DNA of 64,000 nucleotides from positions 81,416,864-81,480,863 of the forward strand of contig NC_057718.1 of assembly GCF_004010195.1 (NCBI RefSeq), in the 5' to 3' direction. Shown in pieces: positions 39,890 to 52,473 of this stretch (the stretch's first letter is position 1; each line of letters starts with the position of its first letter). Below the pieces are notes generated by a model, which saw only the letters and a list, made by a program, of their open reading frames with translations, did no database searches and was not told the DNA's origin. The DNA comes from Chiloscyllium plagiosum (lineage: Eukaryota). A program made the position numbers and the translations under genes.

Positions 39890-40024
39890 AATAAAGTAAA
39901 ATACTCGGCCTCTTCCAAGTTCCCATGATGTAGCCAACACTGCAAGTCCTATAATTTAGAATTGCTTGTATTTGAGGCCAAGAATTTCATATTGTTGTAA
40001 ATAGAAGAATTGAAAGGCAATAAA
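39890..40024 (+). terminator. Candidate poly(A) signals for QKI-6 transcripts (AATAAA at 39890 and 40019)
   Basis: Two hexamers upstream of the exon 8 acceptor; the second is followed by U-rich sequence. Confidence 0.45.
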
Positions 40025-40168
40025 ATTTTATTGAACAACTTTGTTTTGCCCCATAGTTTTTTTAAGTTTGTCCTGTGAACTCTTTAAAAGAAATTCTACT
40101 TAATTAATAACCAGTTAATCGCATTCATTGTTAATTGTTGGCTTTTTTGTGCTTATACTTGGGAAACT

Positions 40169-40355
40169 ACTAATGTTTAACAGCAGTCAGCTACTGACAA
40201 TTGTGTACTAACTGAGGAATGCCAGACTTTGCAGTACAGATGCAAGCACTTTTTTCTTGATTCCTGATGACTGATACGATCACTGTTTCTCAAACTCTTC
40301 CATTGACTGCTACTAATCATTAGTCATTATTAGTTTCTTTCTCCTGTTAACTAAT
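40169..40355 (+). promoter_or_regulatory. Cluster of four ACTAAY QKI-binding cores
   Basis: ACTAAT 40169 (with TAAC at 40178), ACTAAC 40207, ACTAAT 40312, ACTAAT 40350. Confidence 0.6.
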
Positions 40356-40570
40356 ACTGGAATAGGGTTCCTTTTCATGCTTTGAATCATGGTTTAGTAC
40401 TGTCATGATTGAATGCATTCTGTAGATAGTGTTGATCAATGTGTCAGAATTTCAGTGTTTGTTTTAATAGTTGTGGTTAGTTTTTCATATTGTCATCCAG
40501 TTGGCACCAGCTGACAATAATCTCTTCTCTATCTTTTTTCTTTTCTCCTTTTTTGTTTCTAACCACCCAG

Positions 40571-40587
40571 CCGCCACTGGCAACTAA
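40571..40587 (+). CDS. QKI: QKI-5 exon 8 coding segment (A)ATGN*
   Basis: Long pyrimidine tract plus ctaaccacccag acceptor; G|CC GCC ACT GGC AAC TAA completes the QKI-5 ending ...TADRAATGN. Confidence 0.97.
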
Positions 40588-43500
40588 CCCATGACCTTCT
40601 GACCTCTGAACTCTTCACCCAATGATGACCTGACCATGCCTGCCTGCTGATCAATTTACTGGTGATCGCCTTTGCTTGTCTGTCTTCAGTGCAGCGAGCT
40701 GAGGCACTGTCTGTTCGTCTTACTGCCTAATAATGAAAACAAACAAAAAACAAAACACACAAACAAAATTATCCAACCTCTCAGATTTTATGGTTGGGTG
40801 AATCATGAGGTCCTAAAACTGCACTGAATAGTACTAAAGCAATAAAGTTCAATTCACCCCCTCAGAACCGTTCATCAGTGATCATCATTGAGTGACTCTC
40901 CCTAATGAACGGTAAGAAGTCTTCACCTAGGAGATAGGAGATGGATGTGTATGAATAGCTATTAACAAAAGCAGTGACTGTGGGAGTTTGAAGAATTTTT
41001 TTTCTCATGGTGAAGTCACAGGTTCCCTGAATGTATTTTGTTGTGATGATACATCATGCATGAACCTTTGGTCACTGATGTCATTGGTGAAGGGTTTTTG
41101 AATGAAATTCAATGTTCAAAATACGGCCAATTTATTTTTGTTTTGTAAGTCCATTTGTGCTCCTCAAGAGCACAGATGCCAACTCAAAGTTTTTCATGAC
41201 TTCAACCTGCCAGTTCAGAATTTTCCGAAATGAATGCTTCTGCTGTTGAGACGACCATTGAGAAAACAGTGATGGGTAAAGACAACTGAATTAGAAGTAA
41301 TGAGTAATAAGATTGAAGAGTATCCATCAGATGTTAAGATTCTTTTGGTAACAAGGTCCATGCATTGTGTGTCATGATCCTGGGCAAATTGTTGAATCCT
41401 ATTTTTCTTCCTTGTGTAGAAATGTTTTCTCAAGGATGTAAAGCCATGCTTGCCTATTTACTATATACATGTAATTAAATTGTAGATAAGCATAATGCAT
41501 TGAACAGACCACAAAAAGAATAGTAGATACTTTTACTATTACAAGGGTGCTGGTAAGAAGAAATATATTTTTGACAGTAGTTTTTTATACTTTCAAGTAT
41601 TAAACAGAATCTGAACAAAGAAACACTTTATTTCATTAAAATATTTCCTAGTAGTTGTGAATGAAGCAAAACAGGAGACCAAAACAGCCTCTTTGTTTTT
41701 TCTTTATTTTTTCATTTTTTGTTACATTGTAAAGATTGGAAAATGTTTAAAGAGAGAAGTGCCTTATTTTATTCATAGTCATTTTGTCTAGTATCTCAGA
41801 AATTAATCACCATGCTGAATGCAAGGTCTCAAATGCATGCAAACTTAGCTGCCCAGTTCCTACATGAAAGGATCCACAAGTGAATAAAAATGAGCTAGCA
41901 GTTGTTGCTTGATTAATGTCACGTCACTGAACCCATGGCTTTCTATGACTATAGCTGTGACATCGATTTGTACAGTCTCCTGGTTTTATAGTGAATTGTT
42001 TAAAGCTATCGTTCCCTGTGGGTTTTCACGTCTTAAAGAGCCAGTTTATCTTTTGTTGTTAATCGTAGGATGACGTAAGAATGAAAGAAACTGAAAGATA
42101 AACAGAAAAATCTATTTGGAGCATTCACTTGTACCTCAATCTGAATATAAAATTTGATGCTCATGAACAGCTTCCAAACTTTTGTTGTCTTCACTGTGTA
42201 ATTAATTGCCCTTGAAACGTCTGAGCATGTTATGTTGAAAGATATCCCAGGCAGACCAGTGTAGGAGAAAGGTTTCCTGTTGGTAATGTCAGAGAGCTTA
42301 CATGATCAAAAATGGCCAAATTTTCTAACTGACAGAAGCTTATTTTGATTATGTTTAGCCAGTAAAGAATATCAAACATGTCCTTTTCTTGAATTTACAG
42401 CAAGGAGGCCATCAGCAAGGTTCTCAGAATGAGCAAATCATTGATATTCTCTTAAGTGGAACTGAATTTCAGTTATGGGAATTTTGAGATTTCTAAAACA
42501 TCAACTTCAGATGCGTTGGTAGTAGAATTTTACAGCCGGTTCCTTTAGCCGTGTTCTCCCTGCTGTCATGTGGATTGTCTGCTCAGCAGAGATTTGTAAG
42601 GTGGCTGAGGGTGAGCATAGATTTACTTTGTAACATGACTGTCTTTCCACTGACATAGGTTCTAGTTAATTCAACTGCTGCCTTCATACTGATTGACCTC
42701 AGGAAAGAGGTAAGATGATGAGGCAGGAGAATCAGTTCGAATGGATAGTTGTAGCCAGAATTGAAGTTCAGTCATTTCCAGATATCTTTCTTAATATGGT
42801 TTTTTTGGACTGGAACTCAATAATTTCAATTTTTTTATGCATTTACCATTTTTTGCATCATTAGAAATTATAAGTTCTTAGGTAATTATTTGCAGCACCT
42901 TGATCATTTTAAAAGAAAACTTTTTAAAGACTCCACCGTGAAACCTGCAATACTGATGACTGTTACAACTTGATTCACATGTCATATACAAATGACCAGA
43001 AACAATATTGCTTAAGTATGTAATGTCCTAATGTGGTTCTCAGTTAGCTTTGATGTACCCTTCAGTATTTAAGTAACCTTTTTGAACTCGAAAAGATGCA
43101 AGTAGTATGACAATTTATTCTTAACTAAATCTGCTCAGTTTTCAATTGGTGATGAAAAGGGGTATGCATCTTTTCTTGTGACCTTCCAGCTCACTATATA
43201 TCAAACTGGCCATTTCTCTATCATTTGTAAGCAGAGGACTTGTACACTACAATTTATGTTGAATGATTGAACTGATGGCTCATTCATATCCACTTAGGGA
43301 TCCTTTTTAATAAACACTCCTGCCTTTGGCAAGGCAGAGACTAGGAAGGGTTGCTATAAAACACTTGCATGGTAAATTCACCCAAAATCTGTCATTTGAT
43401 AGGGGAAGAAAATGATTTACTATGCAACAAGTGTGAAACTACTGATGCCCATCCAGCCAGCTTTAAACATTGTACCACCATCTTTGTCTTCCTGATTGTT

Positions 43501-45050
43501 GACACTCAGCGGATGGTTCCTTGATTCTTTGATCATACACATTTTTTATCAAGTGGCATTTTTGACATTTCAGTTTGAACAAAATTTGTGACGCTCAAAC
43601 GATAGCCATGATAGTGACTACAGAATGTGGGCAATTCAAAATAAAAGCAGTTTTACTTTTGATTTTGTAACAGTTATTTGTCATTGGACTTTTGGGAAAG
43701 AAAGGTTGGATATTAAAAATGTGACACGTCTTTAAAAATGTTTCATTGCTAACATTATGATTCCTGACCAAATGTGACAACTTTTTAGAAATTGTGTATG
43801 CCCTTAACCTCAATATTACTATTGTTTGAGTGTCTTAGATATTCAAAGGTAGTTTAAAAAAAAACTTTGTACTGTACATTTTCCTGGCAGTATTATGTAT
43901 TTCTATGGAGTGATTAAATGGGAGTGTCACTAGTAGTTATGTAGTTGACAGGATGAGTCAACTATTTGCAAAGCAAGAGGTAGATCCATGTTGTCTGTAC
44001 CATAACCAATTTATTGCCTAAAAACATGTAAGATAATGTATTTACAGCCATTGTTACAAGTTTATAATGTATTTTTCTATAATCTTGTTTTTGTATGTTA
44101 TATATAACATTCAAGAAATTTTCCTGATAAATTACAAAAATATAGAATATCCAACATTTTGATAACCGATCTATACCAACCCTTTTGCAGTTAGTACTGA
44201 CTGTGATCTTTCTTTTGCTTTCTGTTAGCAACTTGATGACTTAAATAGACAAGTTGGTTTTCTGCTTTTTTTAAATGTGCTTAATTTTATTTAATTGTTT
44301 CTTTGCTGTTTCTATTAACCCTTGCATTATTTTAATAAATGTTATATAAAACTTCTAACACTGGACTGTCTGTTTTAACCATTTTGCCACATTTTCTAGA
44401 ATAAGCATTAAGATTAATGTATGTTGCACGGTTTGTCAGACTAACCTGAGGAAAGTGACCAAATATAACCACTTTAATCCCAGTATGTTGGTTGACAGTG
44501 CCTGTATATGAGTTAACAGTGCCAAACATTTTGGTTGATTGATCTTTTTACCTGTTAAGAAGGCTGCTGTTAGAAAGGAAACAAAAACGTAACACCTCTT
44601 TTCGTATTGTTGGAGTCTTAATAGCTTCCTTCCAGAAACAAGTTTTGCACTAATTTTGAAGTTGTCCATTCAGAGCACTGCACAGCAAAAATGAAAAGAA
44701 AATGCAGGCAATTATTTGTTTGTAGTAATAGTTGTCCAAATTCAAGTAAAACTAGTTTTGATTCATGTAGTTTTAAGAAGTACATATATGCGGAGCCAAC
44801 TCTTCACCGGTCACATCTTGTCATCCAAGTAGTAAGTATTGGATCACCTCTGATAGTTAATATTATATTTTTAACATAATTTATTTGAAAAATAAAGCCT
44901 CTTTTCTCTCAGAATATCTTCTTTTATCAGTTTATTGTGAGATAGAATGTGGAGTTGGAATAGTCTGGTCACCCTGAATTCAGAGTTCCAAAAGTTGTTA
45001 TTGCGTTACATACCACAAAGTCACAAAATAAAGAAACGTCTGTACAGTTA
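40588..45050 (+). other. QKI: QKI-5 3' UTR (end uncertain; AATAAA at ~40841, 41882, 44334, 44892, 45027)
   Basis: AT-rich, no recognisable transposons, follows the stop codon. The true end cannot be fixed without transcript data. Confidence 0.55.
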
Positions 45051-45875
45051 TAGATAACAGTGGATATGTTGAAATGTGGTCAATCACTGGCAGTTGGTGT
45101 TACAGGTTATTATGCTATAACGTGAATTTCATTAACATGAATTTGCTGTAATGCAAATGACAAATTTGGGACACTTTCTAAAGCACAAACCTTTAAAGCT
45201 GTAACGCGATTACATCACCAACACCTAAAGTGCTGTTTCTAAAATGTGATTTTTCTATATTATGAGGTTGCACAAGAATGCAATCATCGTGTTATTGAAA
45301 AATGACCTGTACCTTTATTTCAAGCCTTTGTAAAATTGTAAGTATAAAACAGGCACAGACATTAATAACTGCTTTGCAGTAAATTGTTGCACAACTCAAT
45401 AAGATTGATTTCTTTTACAGACTTTTCTCAAAACTACTTTTACATAGAAATATCATAATGAATTTATCACCTATTCTTTTGTACGTTTTGTCAAGCATTT
45501 GAATTTAACCACAAGCCTAGACAATCCCAAAGTACTTGGCATGCACACTCAAAGGGTTCATGTTATTAGCCTTCACAAGTGGATGTGATATGGATCAGAA
45601 GCATAATACAATGAATACCAGAAGGGTAAAATAGCAACAGAAAATACTAAATCTATACAGTAAGTCAGGCAGTATCTATGTAGACCCAAAACAGTTTCAA
45701 GTGAATGTTCTTTATTTGAACTGGGAATATTTTAACATATGACAGGTTTGAGCAAAAGGGTGGATATGCAAAGGACAAAATAAGGCCGATGATAGGATGA
45801 TTGATTGAACAGTTAGTTTTACAAGACCAAAGGTAATAGTTGTAGGGCAAGAAAAGAGATGCTTAAGCAAAGATG

Positions 45876-46454
45876 AAAATCACGCAACACCAGGTTATAG
45901 TCCAACAGGTTTAATTGGAAGCACACTAGCTTTCGGAGCGTCGCTCCTTCATCAGGTGATGGACTATAAGTAGGATGTTAACCCACCAAACTTGTCCAAG
46001 AGTCTCCATGAATTAACACAGATCTCCTGACCGCTCCTGGAATAAGACAAAAGGAAAATCTTTAAAACAAAAGCTAAACAATTAAACAAAATGTGATTCT
46101 TTTTTGTTTCCTTTGAATATCTTTAAGTGTTAGTCATAAAAATAATGGTAATGTGTTGAGAAAACACTGGGTAAGATTGCTGGATATGAAGAATCCTCCA
46201 GGAATACTTCCAATGAAAATTGTCAAGTTTAGTGATATCAAGTTAATCTCAACACATTAGAAATGCCAGTACTACACTTACAATTTCTCAGTAACATGGA
46301 GAATGATGCTAGTGTAGCTGTTGGACTATAACCTGGTGTTGTGTGATTTTTAACTTTGTACACCCCAGTCCAACACCGGCATCTCCAGATCTTAACCTGG
46401 TGTTGTGTGATTTTTAACTTTGTACACCCCAGTCCAACACCAGCATCTCCAGAT
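45876..46454. mobile_element. Young PLE terminal-repeat insertion: inverted pLTR pieces, captured DNA, 64-bp tandem duplication, 14-bp TSD
   Basis: TSD cttaagcaaagatg at 45862-45875 and 46455-46468. aaaatcacgcaacaccaggttatagtccaacag is inverted relative to ctgttggactataacctggtgttgtgtgatttt. Confidence 0.88.
45924..45958 (-). ncRNA. Minimal hammerhead ribozyme motif (PLE type)
   Basis: CAC-CUGAUGA-A-GGAGC(gac)GCUCC-GAAA-GC-UA-GUG: intact core, 5-bp stem II, palindromic AGCU in place of stem III, 3-bp stem I. Confidence 0.8.
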
Positions 46455-47157
46455 CTTAAGCAAAGATGTGCCTAGAACAAATGTGTTGCATTCTAAAAGC
46501 AAAATAGGACAAAAATTGCAACAAAGAAAAGAAACAAATTTGAAATACTTTATAGTCTGAAGCCTTTGAATTCTATTGAGCCTAGAAGGTGTAAAGTGCC
46601 TAAAAAGAACTATAAGATGCCATTCCTCAAGCTATTGTTGAGTACAGCAAGCTAGGGATAGAGATGTCAGTGTGAGAGCAATGTGGAGAATTAAAACTAT
46701 AGGCCATCATAAGGTCATGTTAACAAACTGATTAGAGGTGCTTTGCAAAATGGTCACCGAGGCTGCGTTTGGTCTCTGCCTATGTCTAGTAGATAACATT
46801 TTGAGCAAAGAATACAATATACTGAATTAAAAGAAGGATCTGTAAATTGCTGCTTTAATTGGGCAGTGAGTTTAGGGCTTGAGATGGTGAGAGATAAAAG
46901 GGATAGATTTTACAACTGCATTTTCATGGAGAAAATCTGTGGGAGGAAAGCAAGCAGATGGTTTGATTGAAGAGTGGGCCAGAGTATCATGGAGGAAGTA
47001 GTTTCTTTGAAATGTTGAAAGTGGAGGGCAAGGTGAGTTAGGTTATGATACTAGAGGTGATGGAAGTAGTGAAAAACAATCTGTTACAAGTTCAGATCAA
47101 AATGATTTTAAACTGCCTAAACAAACTTATCCAAATATTTCAGTGTTGACTACGTTG

Positions 47158-47510
47158 AGCTACACTAGCATCATTCTCCATGTTACTGAGAAATTGTAAG
47201 TGTAGCACTGGCATTTCTAATGTGTTGAGATTAACTTGATATCACTAAACTTGACAATTTTCATTGTAAGTATTCCTGAAGGATTCTTCATATCCAGCAA
47301 TCTTACCCAGTGTTTTCTCAACACATTACCATTATTTTTATGACTAACAATTGAAGATATTCAAAGGAAACAAAAAAGAATCACATTTTGTTTAATTGTT
47401 TAGCTTTTGTTTTAAAGATTTTCCTTTTGTCTTATTCCAGGAGTGGTCAGGAGATCTGTTAATTCATGGAGACTCTTGGACAAGTTTGGTGGGTTAACAT
47501 CCTACTTATA
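47158..47510 (+). repeat. 353-bp genomic segment whose inverted copy lies at 45965-46319
   Basis: Reverse-complement match with a few substitutions and one 2-bp indel. Confidence 0.95.
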
Positions 47511-48929
47511 ATATGAAGTCAAACTGGCAGTGATGGTGTTCCTTATTATTATAAGGTATAACAAAGTACAGATGTTTTTAAAGTAAGAAGTAGTTTCATT
47601 GTTATGGGATTGTAATTGAAAAAAATTGAGATGATGTTCATTAATCTAACTGCGAACAATTACGTTGTTGCTGGGCACCAGCTGCTAGCTATGTTCCCGT
47701 CCTGACCACCCCAAAGAAAAGTTAAACTAATGAAAGTGTGGTGATTTGAAGAAAGGGCTTTCTACTTAAATGGTTTGGAATGCAGATCATATTCTAAATA
47801 AACCTGGATTGGCAAATTTTCATGTTTAAGCTATATGATGAAGTCCAGAGCTAACGTTCCAGGCCTGTTGTTGGACTTAGCCATCTTTAATCAGTTGAAT
47901 ATATTCACAGCTTAGTAATGAAGCACACAGAGCAGGTGTAACTGTTGTGCAGGCTGTTTATCTTGCGTAATAACATTATTTTTGGCATACTAATAGATTT
48001 GTTTGATCAAGTTAGGACCATAGGGTTTTAAATCCCATTCAAAAGTAGAAGCACCCTGTTTGCCAGCAGTGAAACCCATTATTAACTTTGTAATTTTGAT
48101 CATAGTCACAGTGGAGCCTAAGATCTGATAACATTGTAACAGACAGATTGATTCAAATTGACTACCACTGGACAAATTGTAGGGCCTGTTTGAAAACATT
48201 TGGCACAATAATGCAAGAAGCTTAGCTATGAATCTGGTAGTTATTACTACCCAAGATCTATTTTGAGAATACTGGAACTAAACACTGAAAATAAACTAAT
48301 TTCCCTATTCTACTTTTCAATTTTAATGCATAAGCATTGTCTTCTCTCCCTTTCCTTATTTTCTTTCCTCGAAGTCATTAGTATTTGACATCTGTGTGTG
48401 TTGATAGCTCTATGAGAATTCTTATTGTGTAGTGGTAGCATTCCTGCTTCTGGATCAGAAGTCCCACTTCAGGACTTGATGCACATGAGAAATGTATTTC
48501 TATCATGGCCAAACAAGTTGATTAACAGCCTGCACCTGATGGTAGGCAGTAAGAGTGAGGTAATTCTCTCATTAGTTGTACTATGGAAGGCAATAACAAA
48601 CCACTGCAGTACTTTGCCAAGAACAATTATGGACCTATCCAATGGAAGTCATGATTGTCAATGCTCTCTTAAGGTATGGTACCTGAAGAGGTTGAGTAAA
48701 TTTCCATCATTTCATTGAAGTGGTCGTTGGATGCCCACTAGATACCAAACAAAGGACCCTCATGCCAAACTCTGATTTTACTCCCTTCTTCGCACTTGTG
48801 CATTTTCTTCAGATATGGATCATGCCCAGGACTCTGACTTGAATTCCTCCCATCCTTACTTCTTCCTCCTATCTTAAACCATAATCACTAAGGATATGTA
48901 TGCCTCAGAATACTAATAGTAATCTAACT

Positions 48930-50830
48930 GATACTCTTTTTTTTTAAACAGTACTTGCCAAAGTAAACAGCTTTGTATTTTCCCTTGATGTTATCATTTT
49001 CTGACGTAGATACCTTTGAAAACTCATCTGATATATTTTTTTACGTTGCTAGCTAGCTTCCTTTTGTGCTCTAATTTATTTGCCCTGATTAACCTATTTG
49101 TCATTCTCTGCTATTCTATATAGTTTGACAAGTCATCTGACCTGCCACTGATCTTTGTTTAATTATATGCTTTCTTTGTTATGTTTAATATTTTATTTAA
49201 GTTTTTTTACAAATGGTAGTTCATCCCACTGGAATGTTTCTTCATGTAGAGCTGTACTTATTTTGAATATACTGAAATATCCCTCTGCCTCTGGTTCTCT
49301 ACAGATCTGTTGGCTTAATATCCCAGTTTACTTTAGTTCCTCTTTCATAGCCACAGAATTGCCCTAATTAATGTTTAGAATATTGGTCTTAGACCCACTC
49401 TTCTCCCTTTCAAACCGGTTGTAAAATTCAAGCATATTATGATTGTTGCGACCAAGAGGTGCCTTTACTCTGAGGTTGTTAATTGAGCCTGTCACATGTA
49501 ATATCAAGTCTAGTATATCATGCTCTCTGGTCAGTCCCAGAAAGTTTCTTATGTTCAAAAGCATTCTATCAATTCCTGGTAAATACCACTATTGACAATA
49601 TTTATTTTTCATGTATATTTGTAGATAGACATCACTCATAATTATTGCTATTACATTATTACAAGCACCTAACATTCCTCCTTGTACACTTCTGACATTG
49701 CTGTTGCTGTTTAGAGGTCTGTAGATCACTCCCACTTGAGTTTTCTTTCCTATTCTGTTCCATGTTCTACTCAAACTGATTCTGCATCCCGATGTTCTGA
49801 GCCAAGTCGTCTCTAAGTATTGGATCAATGCCAATTTTGATTTGGAGTGCTACCTCTCTGGATTTATCTCACTTCCTATTCCTCTTGAATATCCTATAAC
49901 CCTTATCATTCAGACCCCAATCCTTGTCATCTTGCAGTCACATCTCTGTAATGGTAATCAAATTATATTTTTTCACTTCGATATGTGGAATCAGTTCATT
50001 TACATTGTTATGGATGTTTCACATTCAGATGCTGAGCCTTTAGCTTTGTGCTTTTTTCAATCTTCCCTGTCCTGCCATTCTCTGATTCTCATTTTCCACA
50101 TTTGTATTTTGGTTTTAGATTTAGATTAGATTAGATTCCCTACAGTGTGGAAACAGGCCCTTCAGCCCAACAAATCCACACCGACCCTCTGAAGAGTAAC
50201 CCACCCAGACCCATTTCCCTCTGACTAATGCACCAAATGCTATGGGCAATTTAGTATGGCCAATTCACCTGATCTGCACATCTTTGCACTGTGGGAGGAA
50301 ACCGGAGTACCCGGAGGAAACCCATGCAGACACTGGGAGAATGTGCAAACTCCACACAGACGGTTGCCTGAGGCTGGAATTGAAACGTGGGACCCTGGTG
50401 CTGTGAGGCAGCAGTGCTAACCACTGAGCCACCATGCCAGAGTGTTCTATGTCAACACTGTCCCTTGACTTGTAACATTTATATTATCTTGATCTGACTG
50501 TCCCTTATCCAACATAATTCAGGTTAGACCATCTCAATTGTACAGATCCCACCTTCCTTGGTATTGGTGCCAATAGTCCACGAGCAGGAAACCACTTCTC
50601 CTACACAATTCTTTCAGCCGCGCATTCACTTCTCTAATTCACTTTAATCCACTTTGCGAATGGCTCAGATAGTAATCAGAGATTATTACCTTTTGAGATT
50701 TGCTTTTAATTTAGCATCTATTTTCTCACATTTCCTTCACAGTGCCTCTTTCCTAATATCAATGTGGACTACAACCAATGGGTCCTCCTCTTCCCACTGC
50801 AAGTTTTTCTCCAGCCCAAAACAAAGATCC
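48930..50830 (-). mobile_element. Degraded CR1 (endonuclease region) with a nested SINE
   Basis: ORFs 49364 and 49589 carry ILDLIL, PLGRNNHNMLEF and VGVIYRPLNS. Confidence 0.75.
50115..50438 (-). mobile_element. HE1-like SINE
   Basis: tRNA head and (ctaat)n tail; same family as 17615. Confidence 0.92.
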
Positions 50831-51827
50831 CCCGGCACCTGGCTCCCCAAAGAATTGAAAATTCAGCCCTATGTCATGTTTATTACAATTTTTAGCAAAA
50901 CTGAAAAATAAGCTTTAGCTGTTAATGAATGCTGTATGAGCTAAAGTTTGATTGCAACACATTAAATAACATGACAGTGAACTGTTTACAATAATCTCAA
51001 TGCCATTTTACCGTTAATACTTTGAATTCTTCAGTCACATTCTCATTCACTGTTTGGAATTAGGACAATAGCACAGGTTTTCCACAATGCTTTCAATTTA
51101 ATGAAACATCCCAAAGCACTTCACATGAGTGGCATAACATTTTACACCAAGCCACATCAAGTGATATTAAGACAGATGACTAAAATCTTGATTTGTTAAA
51201 TTGTTTTTAATGTTTTCTTAAGTAAGGAATGGGGTCCAAGCTGCTAAGAGGAGAATTCTAGAGCTTGGGGCCGAAGAAACTAAAAGCTGCTAATACTGTT
51301 AGAACGATTAACCTTGCAGAATAGCATGGCTGGGGCAGAATAAAGAAAAAAGGAGAGAGCATTGAAAGTTGGCATGAACATTTTAACAGTTAATCTTGTT
51401 TGATTGAGAGCCAAAATTGGTCAGTGAGGGGTAGAATAAAGTGTGAATAAAAATTGGTGAAGATCAAGGTACAGACTCGATTTCAGATGAACTCAGTTTC
51501 TGGAAGTTGGAAGGTCAGCTGGGGTGTGTTGGCATCGATATCATTTGAAGTTCGATATAAGCTGGGTCATGTAACATAAACCACAATGAGTTAGGTTCAT
51601 GTGATACCAATATTTTGAAATGTATTTATAATAATAGCTATTTAAAAGGTGATGATAGCACAGACTTGTGCACATAGTCTGTGTTCTGTGCTTACTGATA
51701 TTACTGTACATTTCATATAACTGACTGCACCAGTTCTATTACACAGAGTGGCAGAAGGTGAGGCGGTTACTTTTATACCTGTAAAGTCCTATGTTGTGAT
51801 GTCATATAATGGTCTTAAAGATACAGG

Positions 51828-52473
51828 TGGTATGGACCAGACCAAACTTCCCTCAAAATATATTAAAAAGGTAGCCGAGACCCTAATGTTTCCTTATTTT
51901 AAAGGCAAGTGCCAGGCATTTCATTCCTGATGGAATTCAGCTGGTCAGACTATCAATGTTGAAACAAAAAAACACTTTATTCACACACTATAGTTAAAAT
52001 ATAACAAAAGAAAGAAGAAATTGGAATGACTTCGCTCTATTTGAAAATTTCACAGAATAATAGATTACTGAACAGTAACTGTTCTAATAGAGTAACATCC
52101 CATAAACACATCCTTGACAAAAAGTAAATTTAGTAAAACAGTTTGTTTCACATGCAATTCTCGCAACAGTAGGAAAAACATAAAGAGAAAACTCTGCATG
52201 AGACAGAGTGAGTAGCATGGAGAGATGTACTGCAGCTTCCACCCAGCTTCAAGACCCAGCACCATTGACTAAAAACTAAAACTAAAAGTCCTGGTTCTTG
52301 GGAGCTTGACCCCAACCATTCAGACTGCCTTTATTGTTCCAACTTTGTTCCCAAGGCCTCCCAATCTGTTAGTTTATTGGATCTAAAATAGATAGCTTGT
52401 CACCTGTGTCTTAAAACCTCTTTTCAAAACAAAAAAGACAAAATATACCTCTTAAAGTCATAGTATTGTCACA
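51828..52473 (-). mobile_element. Solo LTR (same family as 31168-31795)
   Basis: TG...ACA termini, TSD cagg/tagg, colinear with the other copy; AATAAA on the - strand near 51975. Confidence 0.75.

Larger units (their letters stand above)
45630..47100 (-). mobile_element. Old Penelope-like element remnant (GIY-YIG endonuclease), host of a younger PLE insertion
   Basis: The - strand at ~46720-46865 reads QLKQQFTDPSFNSVYCILCSKCYLLDIG/ETKRSLGDHFAKHL*SV, a decayed VYCIxC..YIGET.R.L..RF.EH motif. Confidence 0.75.

Noticed and set aside
35747..45850. Short 60-90 aa ORFs in the repeat-free island as new genes
   Set aside because: Typical random ORFs of AT-rich UTR and intron sequence with no recognisable motifs.
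46329..46456. CRISPR-like or satellite array
   Set aside because: Only two adjacent 64-bp units without spacers, in eukaryotic DNA; part of the PLE insertion.
47415..47512. Acceptor-like ttttccttttgtcttattccag at 47440 as a downstream exon
   Set aside because: It lies beyond several poly(A) signals, the ORF is short and has no recognisable homology.
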